Positions 45,186-54,607 are shown, numbered from the stretch's first letter. The stretch is 64,000 nucleotides of DNA from Vicinamibacterales bacterium (GCA_050247355.1 JBFWUK010000008.1:114358-178357); one strand, 5' to 3'. The notes: a model not told the origin generated them from the letters alone. Numbers and translations: made by a program.

Positions 45186-46232
45186 TTACCTGACTCTTAT
45201 GCGATTCGACTCGCCTGCTTCCGCAGATCCCACAAAACAGGCCTGAACTCCGGCTCCAATCAGAGCTGTCAGCGCCTGGTCGGCTTGATCGGCCGCGACC
45301 GCCAGAAACAGGCCGCCCGATGTCTGGGGGTCGAAGAGCAGGTCCCTAAGCTCGTCCTTAACAGAGTCGGCAAACGCGACGCCCACCGCGAAGTGGTCAC
45401 GGTTGGTGCCCATGCCGCCTGACTTGTTGCGGCCGACCATGTCGACCACGCCCGGAATCAGCGGCAGCGACGCCGCGTCGAGGACGAGGGTCACATGGCT
45501 GGCCGCCGCCATTTCCGAACCGTGGCCGGCCAAGCCGAAGCCCGTGATGTCGGTGCAGGCATGCACGCCGTCGAAGCCGGCGATTGCCTCTGCCGCCGCC
45601 TTGTTGAGGGTCCGCATGGAAGCCACGGCGTGTTCCACGACGCTCTCCGGCGCGCGGCCGAACTTGATCGCCGTGCCAACAATCCCCGTTCCGAGCGGCT
45701 TGGTCAGGATCAGGCGATCGCCAACCCGGGCGCCGGCGTTGGTGAGGATGCGCCTGGGATCGACCGCGCCGGTGACCGAGTAGCCGAACTTGATCTCGCG
45801 ATCCTGCACGGTGTGGCCGCCGAGCAACGCGACGCCCGCTTCGCGCAGCTTGTCGAATCCGCCGCGGAAGATCTGCGCGATGTCGTCGGTCTGCAGGCCG
45901 TCTTGAGGGAACGCGGCAATCGCCAGGGCGGTGAGAGGACGGCCGCCCATCGCATAGACGTCGCTCAACGAGTTCGCGGCGGCGATTTGTCCGTAGAGAT
46001 ACGGGTCGTCCACGATCGGCGTGAAGAAGTCGACCGTCTGGACCAGCGCCGGTCCGCTCTCCCACGCGTACACACCGGCATCGTCCGCAGTCCTGTAGTC
46101 AACCAGGATACGTGGGTCGGTTTGAACTGGTATGCCGCTCAGGACCTGAGCGAGCTCGCCTGCGGCGAGTTTGCTCGCTCAACCAGCGCAGCTGACCATC
46201 TCGGTCAGCCGGCGCCTTTGTTGTTCTGTCAT
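45186..46232 (-). CDS. selD: Selenide, water dikinase (selenophosphate synthetase), selenocysteine-containing
   Basis: The track ORF (45186..46073) starts mid-protein. Manual translation upstream is in frame: MTEQQRRRLTEMVSCAG-TGA-ASKLAAGELAQVLSGIPVQTDPRILVDYRTADDAGV-YAWESGP.... The TGA (46181-46179) sits in the G-[C/U]-x-x-K catalytic loop. ATG at 46232. Confidence 0.85.
46136..46181 (-). promoter_or_regulatory. Candidate bacterial SECIS: hairpins 3' of the selD UGA
   Basis: mRNA UGAGCGAGCAAACUCGCCGCAGGCGAGCUCGCUCAGGUCCUGAGCG. Option 1: CGCUCA-GGUCC-UGAGCG, with an apical GGUC-type loop about 33 nt after the UGA. Option 2: a 9-bp stem UGAGCGAGC/GCUCGCUCA that includes the UGA. Confidence 0.5.
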
Positions 46233-46251
46233 AAGAGATTCGCTACCTATT

Positions 46252-46335
46252 TGCCACCGGGGACACAGAGGACACTGAGCAACCTTTGGGCGGTCTTCAA
46301 AAAGTTGCTCTGTGTCCTCGGTGTCCTCTGTGGCC
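46252..46335. repeat. MITE-like element with CACAGAGGA-type inverted repeats (copy A)
   Basis: Left arm tgccaccggggacacagaggacactgagcaac. Right arm gttgctctgtgtcctcggtgtcctctgtggcc. 20-nt loop. Abuts the parB TAG. Confidence 0.85.
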
Positions 46336-47231
46336 TACTTCTTCTCCGTCAGGTATTCGTAGATTCTCTGCAGTTCGGTTTCGTTCGTGAAGGTAATGGC
46401 GATTGTCCCACCCTTACCGCGACGTTTGATCTCCACCGGCGTTCCGAGAGACAGGCGCAGCTGCTCTTCGGCGGCGCGGACGTGGACGTCCTTCTTCGCT
46501 GCCGGCTTGTGATCGGGAGCTGGTTCCTTGCGGCCAAGGGCGCCTTTCACCAGGGCCTCGGTTTCGCGCACCGACAGGCCGCGCGCGACAACGTCGCGGG
46601 CGAGGCGCCGTTGTTCGGCTTCGGCCGGCAGGGCGACGATCGCGCGGGCGTGGCCCATGGACAGCGCGCCCGAGGCGACGTTGGCGCGCACTTCGTCGGG
46701 CAGCTTCAGCAGGCGGAGATAGTTGGCCACCGTCGCGCGGTCCTTGCCGACCTGGGTGGCAATGTCGTCCTGCTTCAGGTGGAACTCGTCCACCAGCCGC
46801 TGATAGCCGGCGGCGGCCTCCATGGGATTGAGATCTTCGCGCTGGATGTTCTCGATCAGGGCCATCTCGAGCAGGCGCTTCTTGTCGCCGCTGGCGACTT
46901 CCTTGATGACGATCGGGACCTTGGTGAGCTGGGCGCGCTGGGCCGCGCGCCAGCGTCGTTCGCCGGCGATGATCTGGTAGCGGTCGCGCGCGGTGCCGGC
47001 GTTGGCGAGCTTGCGCACGATGATCGGCTGGATGACGCCGTTGGCGCGGATCGATCGCGCCAGGTCTTCGAGCTTCTCGTCGTCCATCTGGCCGCGCGGC
47101 TGGTAGTGATTGGGTTCGAGGAGGTCGAGGTCGACCTCGATCGACGCCCGCGGTGTCGACAGGGCCTCGCTGGCATCGGGAATCAGGGCGCTCAGGCCCT
47201 TGCCGAGGGCTGGTCGTTTCTCCATGGTCAC
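46335..47231 (-). CDS. parB: Chromosome partitioning protein ParB/Spo0J
   Basis: 298 aa. QPRGQMDDEKLEDLARSIRANGVIQPIIVR, IIAGERRWRAAQ, HTH region. Confidence 0.92.
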   Translation of the reverse strand: MTMEKRPALGKGLSALIPDASEALSTPRASIEVDLDLLEPNHYQPRGQMDDEKLEDLARSIRANGVIQPIIVRKLANAGTARDRYQIIAGERRWRAAQRAQLTKVPIVIKEVASGDKKRLLEMALIENIQREDLNPMEAAAGYQRLVDEFHLKQDDIATQVGKDRATVANYLRLLKLPDEVRANVASGALSMGHARAIVALPAEAEQRRLARDVVARGLSVRETEALVKGALGRKEPAPDHKPAAKKDVHVRAAEEQLRLSLGTPVEIKRRGKGGTIAITFTNETELQRIYEYLTEKK

Positions 47232-48043
47232 TCTGACACTTCGACTTCGGTCTGGTTGTTGGTGGTCGGGGCGGCGTTCTTCTCGATCAGTTCGTTGGCG
47301 AACGAGAAGTAGGCTTCAGCGCCGCGCGATCGCGCATCGTAGGTCACCGCCGGCAGGCCGTGGCTCGGAGCTTCGGCCAGGCGCACGTTGCGCGGAATCA
47401 CCGTGCGGTAGACCTTCTCCTTGAAGAACTCGCGCACGTCGCGGCCGACTTGCTGGCCGAGGTTGGTGCGCTCGTCGTTCATGGTCAGCAGCACGCCCTC
47501 GATGTCGAGTCCCGGGTTGAGCGAGGCGCGAACGCGGCGCATGGTGCCGACGAGGTCGGCAAGGCCTTCGAGCGCGAAGTACTCGCAGTGGAGCGGGATC
47601 AGGACGCGGTCGGCGGCGACCAAAGCATTGAGGGTCAGCAGGCCAAGAGACGGTGGCGAGTCGATGATGATGAAGTCGAACTGGTCGCGCAGCGGCGCGA
47701 GCAGGCGTTGGAGACGGCGTTCGCGATCCGCGACTCCGATCAGCTCGATCTCGGCGCCGGCCAGTTCGCGGTTGGCGGGAATCACCGACAGCCCGTCGAC
47801 GGTCGTCGAAAGGATGAAGGAGGCGGGCGCCACGTCGCCATCGGCGGTCAGGGCCTCGTAGATGGTGCCGCCGTCGGCGCGCTCGCCTTTCCGACCGAGG
47901 CCGCTGGTGGCATTGCCCTGGGGATCGCAATCGACGAGCAGCACGGTGCGGCCGGCGATGGCCAGCGCCGCGGCGAGGTTGATTGCAGTCGTGGTCTTGC
48001 CGACGCCGCCCTTTTGATTCGTGACTGCAATGATTTTAGCCAT
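47228..48043 (-). CDS. parA: Chromosome partitioning ATPase ParA/Soj
   Basis: 271 aa. Deviant Walker A NQKGGVGKTTT. 4-nt overlap with parB. Confidence 0.93.
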   Translation of the reverse strand: MAKIIAVTNQKGGVGKTTTAINLAAALAIAGRTVLLVDCDPQGNATSGLGRKGERADGGTIYEALTADGDVAPASFILSTTVDGLSVIPANRELAGAEIELIGVADRERRLQRLLAPLRDQFDFIIIDSPPSLGLLTLNALVAADRVLIPLHCEYFALEGLADLVGTMRRVRASLNPGLDIEGVLLTMNDERTNLGQQVGRDVREFFKEKVYRTVIPRNVRLAEAPSHGLPAVTYDARSRGAEAYFSFANELIEKNAAPTTNNQTEVEVSE

Positions 48044-48099
48044 TATTGGGTGATCGACCTATACAACTAGCTGCTGTGGCCGGATGTAGAGATTACCAC

Positions 48100-48759
48100 T
48101 CATACCCGTGTCTTGCTGAGTACAACCAGCTTGCTGTGCAGAGCATCGACCAGGGGGTAGCTGGCCATCCAGGCGAGGGGCGGCGGCGGCTCGGTTTCGA
48201 CGGCGCTGGAGCCGGTTCCTCGAAACAGAAAGATTTTACCGCCGGGCCTGAGGAAGGCCTGCAGCGTCAGTAACGTTCGTGTTTCGATCCTGACCGCTCG
48301 CACCGAAACCAGGTCGAGGGCCTCGTGCAGCTCCGCGCGCGGTAGCAACTCTTCGAAGCGCGCGGTTTCAACGTCGGCATGGCGAAGGCCCAGGGTTCTG
48401 ACGGCTTCTCGAAGGAAGACCGCCTTCCGCATTTTGACTTCCACCATTCGGACGTGAAGATTTGGACAAGCGAGCTTGAGAGGAATTGCCGGAGAGCCTC
48501 CCCCCGACCCGGCGTCGAGCAGTGTCCGCGCGTTCTCGGGGACGTATCTGGCCGCCACGACCGGCTCTATGAGCAATCGGTCGACGGCTTCATCCTCACC
48601 CGCCGGCGTCAACCGGAACGCCGTCAGGTTGATTTTCGCATTCCACTTGGTCAGCAGCTGGTAGTAGGTTTCGAGACCCTCGGCGAGGGTTGCTTCCAGG
48701 GTGATGTCGGCCGCCCTGGCCCGCCGTTTCAGCCGCTCTCGGAACTCCCGGTTTGACAC
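48100..48759 (-). CDS. rsmG: 16S rRNA (guanine527-N7)-methyltransferase
   Basis: 219 aa. LLTKWNAKINLTA and LLDAGSGGGSPAIPL SAM motif. Position between mnmG and parA. GTG start. Confidence 0.85.
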   Translation of the reverse strand: MSNREFRERLKRRARAADITLEATLAEGLETYYQLLTKWNAKINLTAFRLTPAGEDEAVDRLLIEPVVAARYVPENARTLLDAGSGGGSPAIPLKLACPNLHVRMVEVKMRKAVFLREAVRTLGLRHADVETARFEELLPRAELHEALDLVSVRAVRIETRTLLTLQAFLRPGGKIFLFRGTGSSAVETEPPPPLAWMASYPLVDALHSKLVVLSKTRV

Positions 48760-48771
48760 ACCCGAGAGTAT

Positions 48772-48890
48772 TAGCCACAGAGGACGCAGAGGACACAGAG
48801 AAATTGTTCGGAAATGCGACTCCGGGGCTTTTCGAACCTTTGTATTTCAATGAAGGGTTGGCTCTGTGTTCTCTGCGTCCTCTGTGGCTA
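48772..48890. repeat. MITE-like element with 29-nt terminal inverted repeats (copy C, best preserved)
   Basis: tagccacagaggacgcagaggacacagag ... ctctgtgttctctgcgtcctctgtggcta: 28/29 complementary. 61-nt loop sharing ggaaatgc with copy B. The right end supplies the mnmG TAG stop. Confidence 0.9.
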
Positions 48891-50738
48891 GAACCTGTTC
48901 AGGTAAGCACCAACGACGGCGACGGCCGCTGGTGTGACCCCGGGAATGCGCTGGGCCTGGCCGAGGGTCTCGGGGCGGGCTTCTGAGAAGCGCTGGACCA
49001 TTTCCCGCGAGAGTCCTGGGACGCGTTCGAATGGGAAGGCGTCTGGAATTCGACGACGTTCACCATGCTGGGCCCTGGCTACGGCTTGTCCCTGCCTTTG
49101 CAGATATCCGGCGTACTTGAGGGTGGTCTCGACTGACGATACGTCGAGCAGCTCGTCCAGCGGGGATGTCTGGATGGCGACTTCGCCAGCGGCCATCAGG
49201 CCTTTCAGGGTCAACTCTGGGCGCCTGAGCGCCTGTGATGCCGGAAGCCTGGCACCACCTTCCACTCGCACCCAGTCGCGGTGCAGGCGATCCACGTTGA
49301 AATCGAATCGCGCCTTTCGTGCAGAGAACCGTTCCCACCGACCCTCGTCTACCAGGCCGAGTTCCCGGCCCTTCGGAGTGAGCCTGAGGTCGGCGTTATC
49401 CGTCCGGAGCAGCAGCCTGTACTCCGCCCGTGACGTGAACATTCGATACGGCTCCAGGCAACCTTTCGTGACCAGATCGTCCACCATGATCCCCAGGTAG
49501 GCCTCGTCTCGGCCAAGCACAAGGGGTGGCCTGCCTAGGACCGATTGAGCGGCATTTACGCCGGCAATCAGACCCTGTCCTGCGGCCTCCTCGTACCCAG
49601 AGGTGCCGTTGATCTGGCCCGCGAAGAACAGGCCAGGGATCCGGTGTGTTTCCAAGGAGGAACGCAATTCCGTCGGCTGGACAAAGTCGTATTCCACGGC
49701 GTAGCCTGGCCTCAACATCTCGGCAGACTCAAGGCCTGGCAGGGCCCGAACCAGTTCGAGCTGGGTCGCTGCCGGCAAGCTCATCGAGAAGCCGTTGACG
49801 TAGATTTCCTCCACATCATGGCCCTCGGGCTCCAGATAGATCTGGTGGCGCTCCCGATCCGGGAAGCGCATGACCTTGTCTTCCAGTGATGGGCAATAGC
49901 GGGGCCCAATCCCGGCGATCTGGCCGTTATAGAGGGGCGACGCGGTGATGTTGCCACGCACCAGCCTGTGGACGCGTTCGGTAGTGTGGAGCAGGTGGCA
50001 GACCGCCGTGTTGGCGGGCGCTGTCGTGGCGGTGAAAGAGAACGAAACCGGTTCGGAATCGCCATGTTCCACGTGGAACACACCCCTTTCGACGCCGCCG
50101 GCGAAGTCAATCGACGCTCTTGCCAACCGAGGCGGCGTGCCGGTCTTGAGCCGTCCCCAGCGAACGCCAAGACCCTTGATTGACTCCGCGAGGTCACGCG
50201 ATGGCGGTTCGTCCGCTCGTCCTGACGGTCGCTGCTCACGGCCGATGTGGACCAAGCCGTTCAAGAAAGTCCCGGTCGTGACCACCAGGGCCCGGCACCG
50301 GTAGACGGCGCCGTCTTCCATCGCCAGACCGGTGACACGGCCAGAATCCATCAAGATTCGGCCTGCACGGCCAATGATCCAATGAATATTGGGTTCGGCT
50401 TCCAGTGCCGCGCGCACCCAGGCGGCGTAGCGCGGTTTGTCGGCCTGTGCGCGCGGCGACCATACCGCAGGGCCGCGACTACGGTTCAGCAGCTTGAATT
50501 GTATTCCCGTAGCGTCGATTGCTCGGCCCATCAATCCGCCCAGCGCATCGATTTCACGGACCAGATGACCCTTCGCCGTTCCGCCGATCGCTGGATTGCA
50601 GGGCATGTGCGCGACCGTTTCTCGACTGAGCGTGCACAATCCGACGCTCCGGCCCAAGCGGGCCGCCGCCCACGCCGCTTCGACGCCGGCGTGTCCAGAA
50701 CCGATAACTATCACATCCAATTCTCTTATCATTTGCAT
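48888..50738 (-). CDS. mnmG: tRNA uridine 5-carboxymethylaminomethyl modification enzyme
   Basis: 616 aa. VIVIGSGHAGVEAA FAD motif; GidA family pattern throughout. Confidence 0.95.
   Translation of the reverse strand: MQMIRELDVIVIGSGHAGVEAAWAAARLGRSVGLCTLSRETVAHMPCNPAIGGTAKGHLVREIDALGGLMGRAIDATGIQFKLLNRSRGPAVWSPRAQADKPRYAAWVRAALEAEPNIHWIIGRAGRILMDSGRVTGLAMEDGAVYRCRALVVTTGTFLNGLVHIGREQRPSGRADEPPSRDLAESIKGLGVRWGRLKTGTPPRLARASIDFAGGVERGVFHVEHGDSEPVSFSFTATTAPANTAVCHLLHTTERVHRLVRGNITASPLYNGQIAGIGPRYCPSLEDKVMRFPDRERHQIYLEPEGHDVEEIYVNGFSMSLPAATQLELVRALPGLESAEMLRPGYAVEYDFVQPTELRSSLETHRIPGLFFAGQINGTSGYEEAAGQGLIAGVNAAQSVLGRPPLVLGRDEAYLGIMVDDLVTKGCLEPYRMFTSRAEYRLLLRTDNADLRLTPKGRELGLVDEGRWERFSARKARFDFNVDRLHRDWVRVEGGARLPASQALRRPELTLKGLMAAGEVAIQTSPLDELLDVSSVETTLKYAGYLQRQGQAVARAQHGERRRIPDAFPFERVPGLSREMVQRFSEARPETLGQAQRIPGVTPAAVAVVGAYLNRF
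50065..50080. promoter_or_regulatory. parS centromere-like site
   Basis: TGTTCCACGTGGAACA is a perfect 16-bp palindrome matching the TGTTNCACGTGNAACA parS consensus. Located inside mnmG, about 2-3 kb from parAB. Confidence 0.7.
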
Positions 50739-50857
50739 ACTATCGATTACAAATATGCCTAGGCCGCTTACGCCATTTTCTCATGGGCGACGTGCTGCCG
50801 CGGCTGGCTGGGCGGACTGCTAGCCGCCTAAAGGCGGACTCCACTCTCAGCCGGCCG

Positions 50858-52285
50858 CTACTTCCCGATGCAGAACTTCGCGAAGATGTGATGCAGCAGG
50901 TCGTCGCTCGTGCGGCGGCCGGTGATCTCTTGTAGGGCGTGCGCGGCCTCCTGAAGGTCGAGCAGCGGAAACTCTTCCGAGACTTCCCCCTCGAGCGCCG
51001 TTGTCGCGCGCAGAACGGCGGCGCGGGCCTGCTCGAGGAGCACTGTGTGTCGAACGTTGGTAACGGCCGGCTGATCGCGCTGCTCCGGACGATCGACACC
51101 AAGAACGTTCGCCATTGCCGCGATGAGGTTCTCGAGACCCGTAGCGTCCCTGGCCGATATCTCCACGGCCGCGTCGGCCAGGGTGTCACTGAAGCGCTGG
51201 CCGTGCGGTTCACCATCGGGCAAATCCGACTTGTTCAAGACGACGACCCGGGTGAGAGACGATGTTTCGGCAAGGATGACCCGATCGTCCTCCGTCATCC
51301 GGCGCGAGCGATCGAGAACCACCAACACGAGATCGGCCACTCGCAGCGCGTCTCGAGTGCGCGCGACGCCTTCCTGCTCCACCACGTCGCTGGTCTCGCG
51401 CACGCCGGCGGTATCGATCAGCGCCAGTGACAGGCCGCCGATGTCCGCCCGCTCCGTCAGCATGTCCCGCGTTGTCCCGGGAATGGCCGTCACAATGGCG
51501 CGGTTGGTGTTGAGCAGCGCATTGAACAGGCTCGACTTTCCCACGTTCGGGGCACCGACAATCGCCACCTGCGCACCCTCCCGGACCAGGCGGCCGCGAG
51601 CGGACTGCCCGAGCAAGCGCTCGATGCGCGCGGTGACCGCCACCAGGGACGCGCGGGCCTCTGCGGCGCCGACAAAGTGGTATCCCTCGTCCGGAAAATC
51701 CAGCGATGCCTCGAGCTTGGCGATCACGTCGAACAGGTCGGCCTCGATCGCGCCGATGGCGGCCGTCAACGTGCCCTCGAGCTGATCGAAGGCTGCCCGC
51801 GCCTGCAGCGGTGTAACCGCATCAATCAGGTCGGCGACCGCCTCGGCCTGGATCAAGTCGAGCCTGCCGTTCAGAAACGCCCGTAGCGTGAACTCCCCCG
51901 GCTCGGCCAGGCGAGCCCCGGCGTCGATGACGTGACGGAGAATCGCCGACAAGACCACCGGGCTGCCGTGCGCCGAAATTTCAATCACGTCCTCGCCCGT
52001 GTAGGACGAGGGTGACGGGAAGAAGGTGACGACGACTTGGTCTGATACTTGTCGGACCGACTCAGCCTGGCGGGGCGACTCGGCATGACGGGATCGCGCG
52101 AAGGTCGCGTGGCGCGGTTTGAAGGGAGCTTTGCGGCCGACAAGTTCGCCGGCAACCTGCGCGGCGGCGGGGCCGCTGATCCGGATGACGCCAAGCCCCC
52201 CGCGTCCCGCGGGGGTGGCAATCGCGACGATGGTGTCCGAGGTTGAGAATCCCGACAAGAAGCGCCCCCCGTCAAGGAGTGCCAC
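50858..52285 (-). CDS. mnmE: tRNA modification GTPase
   Basis: 475 aa. DTIVAIATPAGRGGLGVIRISG, G1 GAPNVGKSS, C-terminal FCIGK. Confidence 0.92.
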   Translation of the reverse strand: MALLDGGRFLSGFSTSDTIVAIATPAGRGGLGVIRISGPAAAQVAGELVGRKAPFKPRHATFARSRHAESPRQAESVRQVSDQVVVTFFPSPSSYTGEDVIEISAHGSPVVLSAILRHVIDAGARLAEPGEFTLRAFLNGRLDLIQAEAVADLIDAVTPLQARAAFDQLEGTLTAAIGAIEADLFDVIAKLEASLDFPDEGYHFVGAAEARASLVAVTARIERLLGQSARGRLVREGAQVAIVGAPNVGKSSLFNALLNTNRAIVTAIPGTTRDMLTERADIGGLSLALIDTAGVRETSDVVEQEGVARTRDALRVADLVLVVLDRSRRMTEDDRVILAETSSLTRVVVLNKSDLPDGEPHGQRFSDTLADAAVEISARDATGLENLIAAMANVLGVDRPEQRDQPAVTNVRHTVLLEQARAAVLRATTALEGEVSEEFPLLDLQEAAHALQEITGRRTSDDLLHHIFAKFCIGK

Positions 52286-52311
52286 CCCGTCAGAGGTGCC
52301 GCCCCGGCTGT

Positions 52312-52755
52312 TTACTTGACGGAAATAATCACCGTCTTCTCGAACGCGTCGCCAATGCTCTCCGACGTCACCTTGTCGACTTCGGCCACCGCCAGGTGCA
52401 CGATGCGGCGTTCGTAGGGGTTGAGCGGGCCGATCTCCTGCGCCAGGCCGCTGTCTTTGGCCTTGCCGGCCAGGAACAACGCCATCTGCTTCAGCTCATC
52501 GTCCTTGCCCTTGCGGTAGCCCATGCAGTCGACCACCAGGCGGCGGCCTTCCGAAGCCTCGTGCCGGTAAATGGCGGCGACGATGTGCTGCAGGGCGGCC
52601 AGCGCCTCGCCCTGCCGGCGGATCAGCACGTTGCCGTCTTCGCCGTTCAGGTTGATGCGCACGCCGTCGGGCATCTCTTCGGCCGAGGCCTCGAGATCAA
52701 GGTCCATCGCATCGACGACCTTCTGGACGAATTCGGTGATCTCAGCTGTCGCCAT
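52312..52755 (-). CDS. jag: Jag/KhpB-type RNA-binding protein (KH + R3H)
   Basis: Start moved to ATG 52755 (MATAEITEFVQKVV...). R3H motif PYERRIVHLAV. The longer track ORF overlaps yidC out of frame. Confidence 0.8.
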   Translation of the reverse strand: MATAEITEFVQKVVDAMDLDLEASAEEMPDGVRINLNGEDGNVLIRRQGEALAALQHIVAAIYRHEASEGRRLVVDCMGYRKGKDDELKQMALFLAGKAKDSGLAQEIGPLNPYERRIVHLAVAEVDKVTSESIGDAFEKTVIISVK

Positions 52756-52811
52756 ATTTTTCGCTGCTCCTGGAGCCGGCCGTCCACCAAGGGCGGCCCT
52801 GCGCAAGCCCG

Positions 52812-54605
52812 TTATTTTGCAACGCGCCTCGCCGGCGCGCCAATCAAATAGTTGGTGGCGTATTGCTGGCCGATGGTCCACACCGTGCTGACCAGCCAGT
52901 AGATCACCAGGCCGCTCGGGAACGACAGCGACATGAAGGTGAACATGATCGGCATGAACATCATGATCTTCTGCTGCGCCGGGTCCGCCGTGGTCGGCGT
53001 CATCTTGGTCTGCCAGAACTGCGCGACGCCCATCAGGACCGGGGTGATGAACAGCGGATCGGGCGCCGACAGGTTGGTGATCCACGCAAAGAACGTGGCG
53101 CCGCGGATTTCGATCGCCACCGACAGCATGGCGTAAAACGCGAACAGGAACGGCATGGTCAACAGCATCGGCACGCAGCCGCTGGCCGGGTTCACGCCCT
53201 TGGTCTTGTAGAGCTCCATCACCTCGGTGTTCATCTTCTGCCGCTCGGGGTCGGTGATCTTGTACTTCGCGTAGCGATCCTGGATCGCCTTCATCTGCGG
53301 CTGCAGCTCCTGCATCTTCTTCATCGACACCACGCTCTTGTGGCGGAGCGGGAACATCGCGAGGTTGATCAGGATGGTGAGGACGACGATCGACCAGCCC
53401 CAGTTGCCGATGTAGCCGTGGACCCACTGCAGCGCGTTCAGCAGCGGCACCGCCAGCCACGAGAACATGCCGAAGTGAATCGACCGCACCAGTTCGGTGT
53501 CGACGGCCTTGAGTACGTCAAACGCCTTCGGGCCGAAGTAGAACCGCGCCTGCTCCTGCGGCACCTGGTAGCGCACCGAGTAAGTCTCGTAGGTCGCAAA
53601 GCGGGCCGGCTCGTTGGCAATCGGCAGGTTCACCGGGGCGTAGTCGATGCGGAACGGGACCGGCGTGGCCTCGTTCAGCAGCAGCGAGGCAAAGTAGTGG
53701 TCCGAAACACCGGCGTACCGGAAGGAGCCTTCCTGTGAACCCGGCGCCGTGTGCGGCACGCGTTCGACATCGCCGTCCTTGTAAATCATCGGCTGCGCCG
53801 GGACGACGCTGTTGGGCGAGAAGAATGATGACGGCGGGCGGTGCGCGATCTCGTCGCCCAGAGCCGGCCCCCAGTGAATCGCCGGGTTGAGGCGGACCTG
53901 GCCCAATTGCACGACGGTGCCGAAGGTCACCAGATAGCCACGCGGCTCGAGCGTGAACTTCTTGGTCACGCTCAACCCGTCGGAGGTTGCCATTTCAAAA
54001 GTCAGCGTCTGGGCGCCGGCGGTCGCATCGACCCGGTCAGGCTCACCGGGAGGGTTGCCTCCACCCGTGACAACCCGATAGAGGGCGCCGTTGATGCGCT
54101 CCGAGAGCGCCGGGTCGTCAACCACCAGCGAGAATGGCTTCACGGCGTCGGCGCTAAAACTCTGCGGCACGAGGTCGAGCAGGGATCCGTCTTCGTTGCG
54201 ATACTCCTTCAATACCCAATGCAACAGCCGGCCGCCGCGATTGGTAAAGGTGGCTCGCACGGTTGTCGTCTCGACGACGATCTCGCGGTCGGTGGTCTCG
54301 CCGACGGTGATCGTCGGACCGGCAGGGGCGGCTGGCGTCGCATTGCCCATCTGCGCCGCGGGCAGCCCCAAGGGGGTCACGCCACCAGCGGCTGCCGGCG
54401 CCGGCACCGGCGCCGACTGGTTCGCCGGCCGGGTCAGCGCCGCCATGCTGCCAGGAGCAGGCGCGGCAGGACCCGGCGCCTGCCCCGCTGTGGTTCCACT
54501 CTGGGGTGCAGCTGGAGCAGAGGCCGGGGGAGGCATCACAAAGCGCTGGAACAGGAACAGCACCAGGAATGACAGGGTGATCGCTATGAGGACTCGACGT
54601 TCCAT
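52812..54605 (-). CDS. yidC: Membrane protein insertase YidC
   Basis: 597 aa. N-terminal TM, large periplasmic domain, conserved C-terminal 5-TM core (GCVPMLLTMPFLFAFY...). Confidence 0.92.
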   Translation of the reverse strand: MERRVLIAITLSFLVLFLFQRFVMPPPASAPAAPQSGTTAGQAPGPAAPAPGSMAALTRPANQSAPVPAPAAAGGVTPLGLPAAQMGNATPAAPAGPTITVGETTDREIVVETTTVRATFTNRGGRLLHWVLKEYRNEDGSLLDLVPQSFSADAVKPFSLVVDDPALSERINGALYRVVTGGGNPPGEPDRVDATAGAQTLTFEMATSDGLSVTKKFTLEPRGYLVTFGTVVQLGQVRLNPAIHWGPALGDEIAHRPPSSFFSPNSVVPAQPMIYKDGDVERVPHTAPGSQEGSFRYAGVSDHYFASLLLNEATPVPFRIDYAPVNLPIANEPARFATYETYSVRYQVPQEQARFYFGPKAFDVLKAVDTELVRSIHFGMFSWLAVPLLNALQWVHGYIGNWGWSIVVLTILINLAMFPLRHKSVVSMKKMQELQPQMKAIQDRYAKYKITDPERQKMNTEVMELYKTKGVNPASGCVPMLLTMPFLFAFYAMLSVAIEIRGATFFAWITNLSAPDPLFITPVLMGVAQFWQTKMTPTTADPAQQKIMMFMPIMFTFMSLSFPSGLVIYWLVSTVWTIGQQYATNYLIGAPARRVAK

Positions 54606-54607
54606 CT

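Noticed and set aside
48044-48099. ccggatgtagag fragment in the rsmG/parA spacer, resembling the REP tail CTACATCCGG.
   Set aside because: Only a tail fragment is present, without the hairpin. It is too short to call.
52312-53460. 382-aa version of the jag ORF.
   Set aside because: The upstream 235 codons overlap yidC out of frame and look non-protein-like. ATG 52755 gives a normal KH+R3H protein.
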